Made by a program: the position numbers and the translations under genes
Shown: one piece after another, positions 61,096-64,000 of the stretch
How positions within the stretch are numbered: the stretch's first letter is position 1
Layout of the letters: each line of letters starts with the position of its first letter
Assembly (NCBI GenBank): GCA_963727625.1
Contig: CAVSHR010000005.1
Location: 192,001-256,000, forward strand
Direction of reading: 5' to 3'
Source: an uncultured delta proteobacterium
GTDB lineage: Bacteria > Desulfobacterota > Binatia > UBA9968
DNA length: 64,000 nt
Notes under the pieces: model-generated
Database searches by the model: none
What the model saw: only the letters and a program-made list of their open reading frames with translations
What the model was told of the DNA's origin: nothing

Positions 61096-64000
61096 TCAAG
61101 CGGCGGCAGCCAGAGCCAGGAAACTTGTTTCAAAGATTTCCGCCGGCACCGCTTTGCTGAATAAAAAGCCCTGCATCTCGTCGCAGGTCAGCAGCCGCAG
61201 CAGGCGGGACTGCTCTTCGGTTTCGACTCCTTCCGCCACCACCTTGAGCTTCAACGAATGCCCCAGGTTGATGATCGTCGACACCAGCGCCATTCCCTGC
61301 GGCCCGGTCGTCATGTTGGTCACGAATGAGCGGTCGATCTTCAGCGTGTCCACCGGCAGTTTGGCGAGGTAACTGAGCGAGGAGAATCCGGTGCCGAAGT
61401 CGTCTATAGCTATGGTTATACCCATGGCGCGGATCGCCTGCAGGCTGGTGATGCTGCGCTTGATGTCCTCCATGATTAAGCTTTCGGTGACCTCCAGTTC
61501 CAGTCCGGCCGCTGCCTGAGGGTCAATACTGATGGCCTGCTCGATCTCGGCGATGAAGCCGCGACTGCGCAGTTGCAGCGGTGACACGTTCACCGAAATG
61601 CGCACGGCGGCCAGGCCCGCGGCGCGCCAGCGCAAATAGTCTTCGATCGCTTGACGCACTGCCCAGCGCCCGACTTCATGGATCAATCCGGTTTCTTCCA
61701 GGACCGGGATGAACCGGCCCGGCGGCACCAGGCCGGTGCGCGGATCGTTCCAGCGGATCAGCGCCTCGGCGCTGGTCATCTTGCCGTTCAAGAGGTTCAC
61801 CTTGGGCTGGTAGTGGAGCACGAACTCTCCCTTGTCGAGCGCCTGGCGCAGGTTGTTCTCCAGGGAGAGACTTTCGGCGACGCGCGCGTTCATGGTCTGG
61901 GTGTAAAACAGGTAACGCTCACCGCCCGCCTTGGCCTTCTTGAGCGCGGCCTCGGCATTTCTGAACAAAGTCTCCGCGTCGGCGCCGTCACCGGGGTACA
62001 TCGCAATACCGAACTTGCCGGAGACCCGTAGCTCGGATTCGCCGATCCGAAATGGCGGGCCGAAGACTTCGCTAACCCGTTGTTCGATCAGGCGCGCCAG
62101 CTCTTCCGCGCTCTGCACTTCCGGCACCATGACCGCAAAGTGATCGGCGTCGCCCCGTGCCAGCCGGCCGGCGTCCCCGGCAAAAGCCGTCATGCGCCCG
62201 GCCACTTCCTTGAGCAGCGCATCGCCTGTCGGCCGGCCCAGCGAGTCGTTGATGCTCTTGAATCGTTCGATGTCGATGAGCACGAGCGCAAGTTTGCCGC
62301 CCCGCTCTTCTGCATTCACCACGCTTTGGTTCAGACGCTCGTGGAACAAAGCTCGGTTGGCAAGCCCGGTGAGCGCGTCGTAGTAGGCGAGGTAGTCGAG
62401 CCGCTCCTGCTTGTCGAGGTGATCGATGGCGAATGCGATGTCGCCGGCCAGCTCGGTCAAAAGCTTGATCTCTTCTTCATCGAAATACCCGGCTTCCGCG
62501 GAGTAGAGCGCGAGCGCGCCTACTCCTTGATCCGCGACAATCAGCGGCAAAATCACCATGGAGCGGACTCCGGCCTCGGCGTATTTCTTGCCGAACAAAA
62601 CTCTGGGATCGTGTAGCGAATCGTTGGACACGACCGCCTTTTTCTCCCTGAGCGCCTGGGCGATCATGGTGCTGGGCGCGTCTTCACTCGACGATAAGCG
62701 AACCTTGATGGCGCTCAGGAGCTCTTCATCCACACCCGCCGAGACGACCGAGACAACCTTCGTCACTCCCGGATCGACGACGCTCAGCATGGCCATGCGA
62801 AACCCGCCGTCCTCGACCGCGATCCGGCAGGCCTCTCTGAATAGCTCGTCGCGCTCGTGCACGCGCACGATCAGCGTGTTGATGCCGCTCAGCGCACGAA
62901 GCATTCGGTTGGCCTTCTTTAGATCTCGGCTCGCCGCCGCTATTTCCACCTGGTGCGCCTGCACCGCTTCGGCAGTGCGATCGACGACAGCCATGAGCTC
63001 TCCGAGCTCGCCCCTGGGATAGGGCGGGCCGTTTCGAGCACTCAAATCCTCCGCCCCAATATGCCCGGCCACATTCGCGATGCTCCGCACATGACGGCGG
63101 ATGGCGGTCTCCGCGACGTACCAGGCGACTATGAATGCCAACAGCGAAATGCCCAACAGCAAAATCAGCGCGTCGCGCAGGCTCCGATTGGCTTCCGCCA
63201 CCAGCATGCCCTGCGAGATACCCAGAACCATGCGCGCGCCGCCGCCGCGGGGCTCGGGCAGGACACCTATCGCCCAGACCCGACTCACTCCATCCGCCCC
63301 CGGCAACGTGGCCCAAGCTCCGGAGTTCTGTGAAGCCGTGAAGCGAAACAATTCAGACGCGGCAAAATCCTTACCGACTAGGTCCGTGCGCCCGGCGTCC
63401 GGCTTACGCACCATCAGGATTCCGTTTCGATTCCAGATCAGCAAGCTGATGTCGGGGTAATGGCTCGCCGCGGCGACACCCTCGGCAAACTCGGAAAGGT
63501 TCAGCGAGGCGAGGAGCACGTACTTGAGCGATCCCTGACCGTCAAGCACCGGGTAGGCTACCTGCAGCACCGCAATTCCGGTCAGCCTGCCGATCACCAC
63601 GTCGAAAGCGGGCTGCAGTGACGAGCGCACCTGCTTGAAGTATCCGCGCCCGTTCACGTTTAGCTTGCGGCCCGTGCGCAACGAATCGCAATGCAGGTCG
63701 CCATTCGGCTTGATGGTAAGCAAACCGGTATACTGCGGATAACGCCCGAGCACGCCGGCGAGAAACGCCGAGCAGACGGCCGCGTCCGTTGTGTCGATGT
63801 CCGGCGCGCGCGACAGGCCGTACAGCAATTGCACCGTGCCCTTGACCTTGTGGTCCAGGTTCTCAGCCGCGAACTTCGCCAGAGCACCGAGGTGGTCCTT
63901 CGCTTCGTCGATGGCGCGGTCGCGCTCGTTGAAGAAATAAAACCCCAACACGACGGCCGGCATGAGGGTAGCAAGCAGGACGAGCAGCAGGATGCGGGCG
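61096..64000 (-). CDS. dCache-HAMP-GAF-GGDEF(degenerate)-EAL c-di-GMP phosphodiesterase; 5' end beyond the window
   Basis: Frame open past 64000 (ARILLLVLLATLMP); GGDEF site reads DADHF; intact EALIRW, ELEVTE, DDFGTGFSS, KID, EGVE. Confidence 0.9.
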   Translation of the reverse strand, partial: ARILLLVLLATLMPAVVLGFYFFNERDRAIDEAKDHLGALAKFAAENLDHKVKGTVQLLYGLSRAPDIDTTDAAVCSAFLAGVLGRYPQYTGLLTIKPNGDLHCDSLRTGRKLNVNGRGYFKQVRSSLQPAFDVVIGRLTGIAVLQVAYPVLDGQGSLKYVLLASLNLSEFAEGVAAASHYPDISLLIWNRNGILMVRKPDAGRTDLVGKDFAASELFRFTASQNSGAWATLPGADGVSRVWAIGVLPEPRGGGARMVLGISQGMLVAEANRSLRDALILLLGISLLAFIVAWYVAETAIRRHVRSIANVAGHIGAEDLSARNGPPYPRGELGELMAVVDRTAEAVQAHQVEIAAASRDLKKANRMLRALSGINTLIVRVHERDELFREACRIAVEDGGFRMAMLSVVDPGVTKVVSVVSAGVDEELLSAIKVRLSSSEDAPSTMIAQALREKKAVVSNDSLHDPRVLFGKKYAEAGVRSMVILPLIVADQGVGALALYSAEAGYFDEEEIKLLTELAGDIAFAIDHLDKQERLDYLAYYDALTGLANRALFHERLNQSVVNAEERGGKLALVLIDIERFKSINDSLGRPTGDALLKEVAGRMTAFAGDAGRLARGDADHFAVMVPEVQSAEELARLIEQRVSEVFGPPFRIGESELRVSGKFGIAMYPGDGADAETLFRNAEAALKKAKAGGERYLFYTQTMNARVAESLSLENNLRQALDKGEFVLHYQPKVNLLNGKMTSAEALIRWNDPRTGLVPPGRFIPVLEETGLIHEVGRWAVRQAIEDYLRWRAAGLAAVRISVNVSPLQLRSRGFIAEIEQAISIDPQAAAGLELEVTESLIMEDIKRSITSLQAIRAMGITIAIDDFGTGFSSLSYLAKLPVDTLKIDRSFVTNMTTGPQGMALVSTIINLGHSLKLKVVAEGVETEEQSRLLRLLTCDEMQGFLFSKAVPAEIFETSFLALAAAA

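Overview
GC-rich bacterial chromosome segment. The gene content (Bug/TctC binding protein, amidohydrolase, orphan GrdE-like protein, DUF6282-like protein) suggests Binatota/'Deltaproteobacteria'; this is inference only. Four blocks are visible. (1) 1-16.9 kb is a co-oriented minus-strand electron-transfer cluster: a stand-alone LuxR HTH with a CP-x6-CP tail, decaheme MtrA/PioA, MtrB/PioB porin, monoheme cytochrome c, a Qrc/ACIII-like quartet (pentaheme, Mo-oxidoreductase-like, 4Fe-4S, NrfD), a small membrane protein, two paralogous tetraheme 'MWNH-repeat' cytochromes, a nonaheme/Rieske/cytochrome b complex, and an 11-heme c + b-type CbcL-like fusion missing from the ORF track. I count 44 CxxCH motifs. 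A ferritin-VIT1 iron exporter lies next to it. (2) About 26-41 kb is a low-oxygen-type gene set (USPs, CBS proteins, Rv2004c-like kinase, BCAM0308 relic, ferritin-like pair, sensor-less sigma-54 activator, pfp, gap, BoxB-like). Nine intergenic sigma-54 -24/-12 boxes occur in the window: eight in this block and one ahead of the LuxR gene. (3) Mixed metabolic genes and many decayed relics (LigB-like, RAYT, MFS, FGE, xfp). (4) 54-64 kb is a c-di-GMP island in which two cyclases share a near-identical ~1.53 kb output module, bordered by a 199-bp MITE with a 5-bp target duplication. No rRNA, tRNA or CRISPR array was seen.
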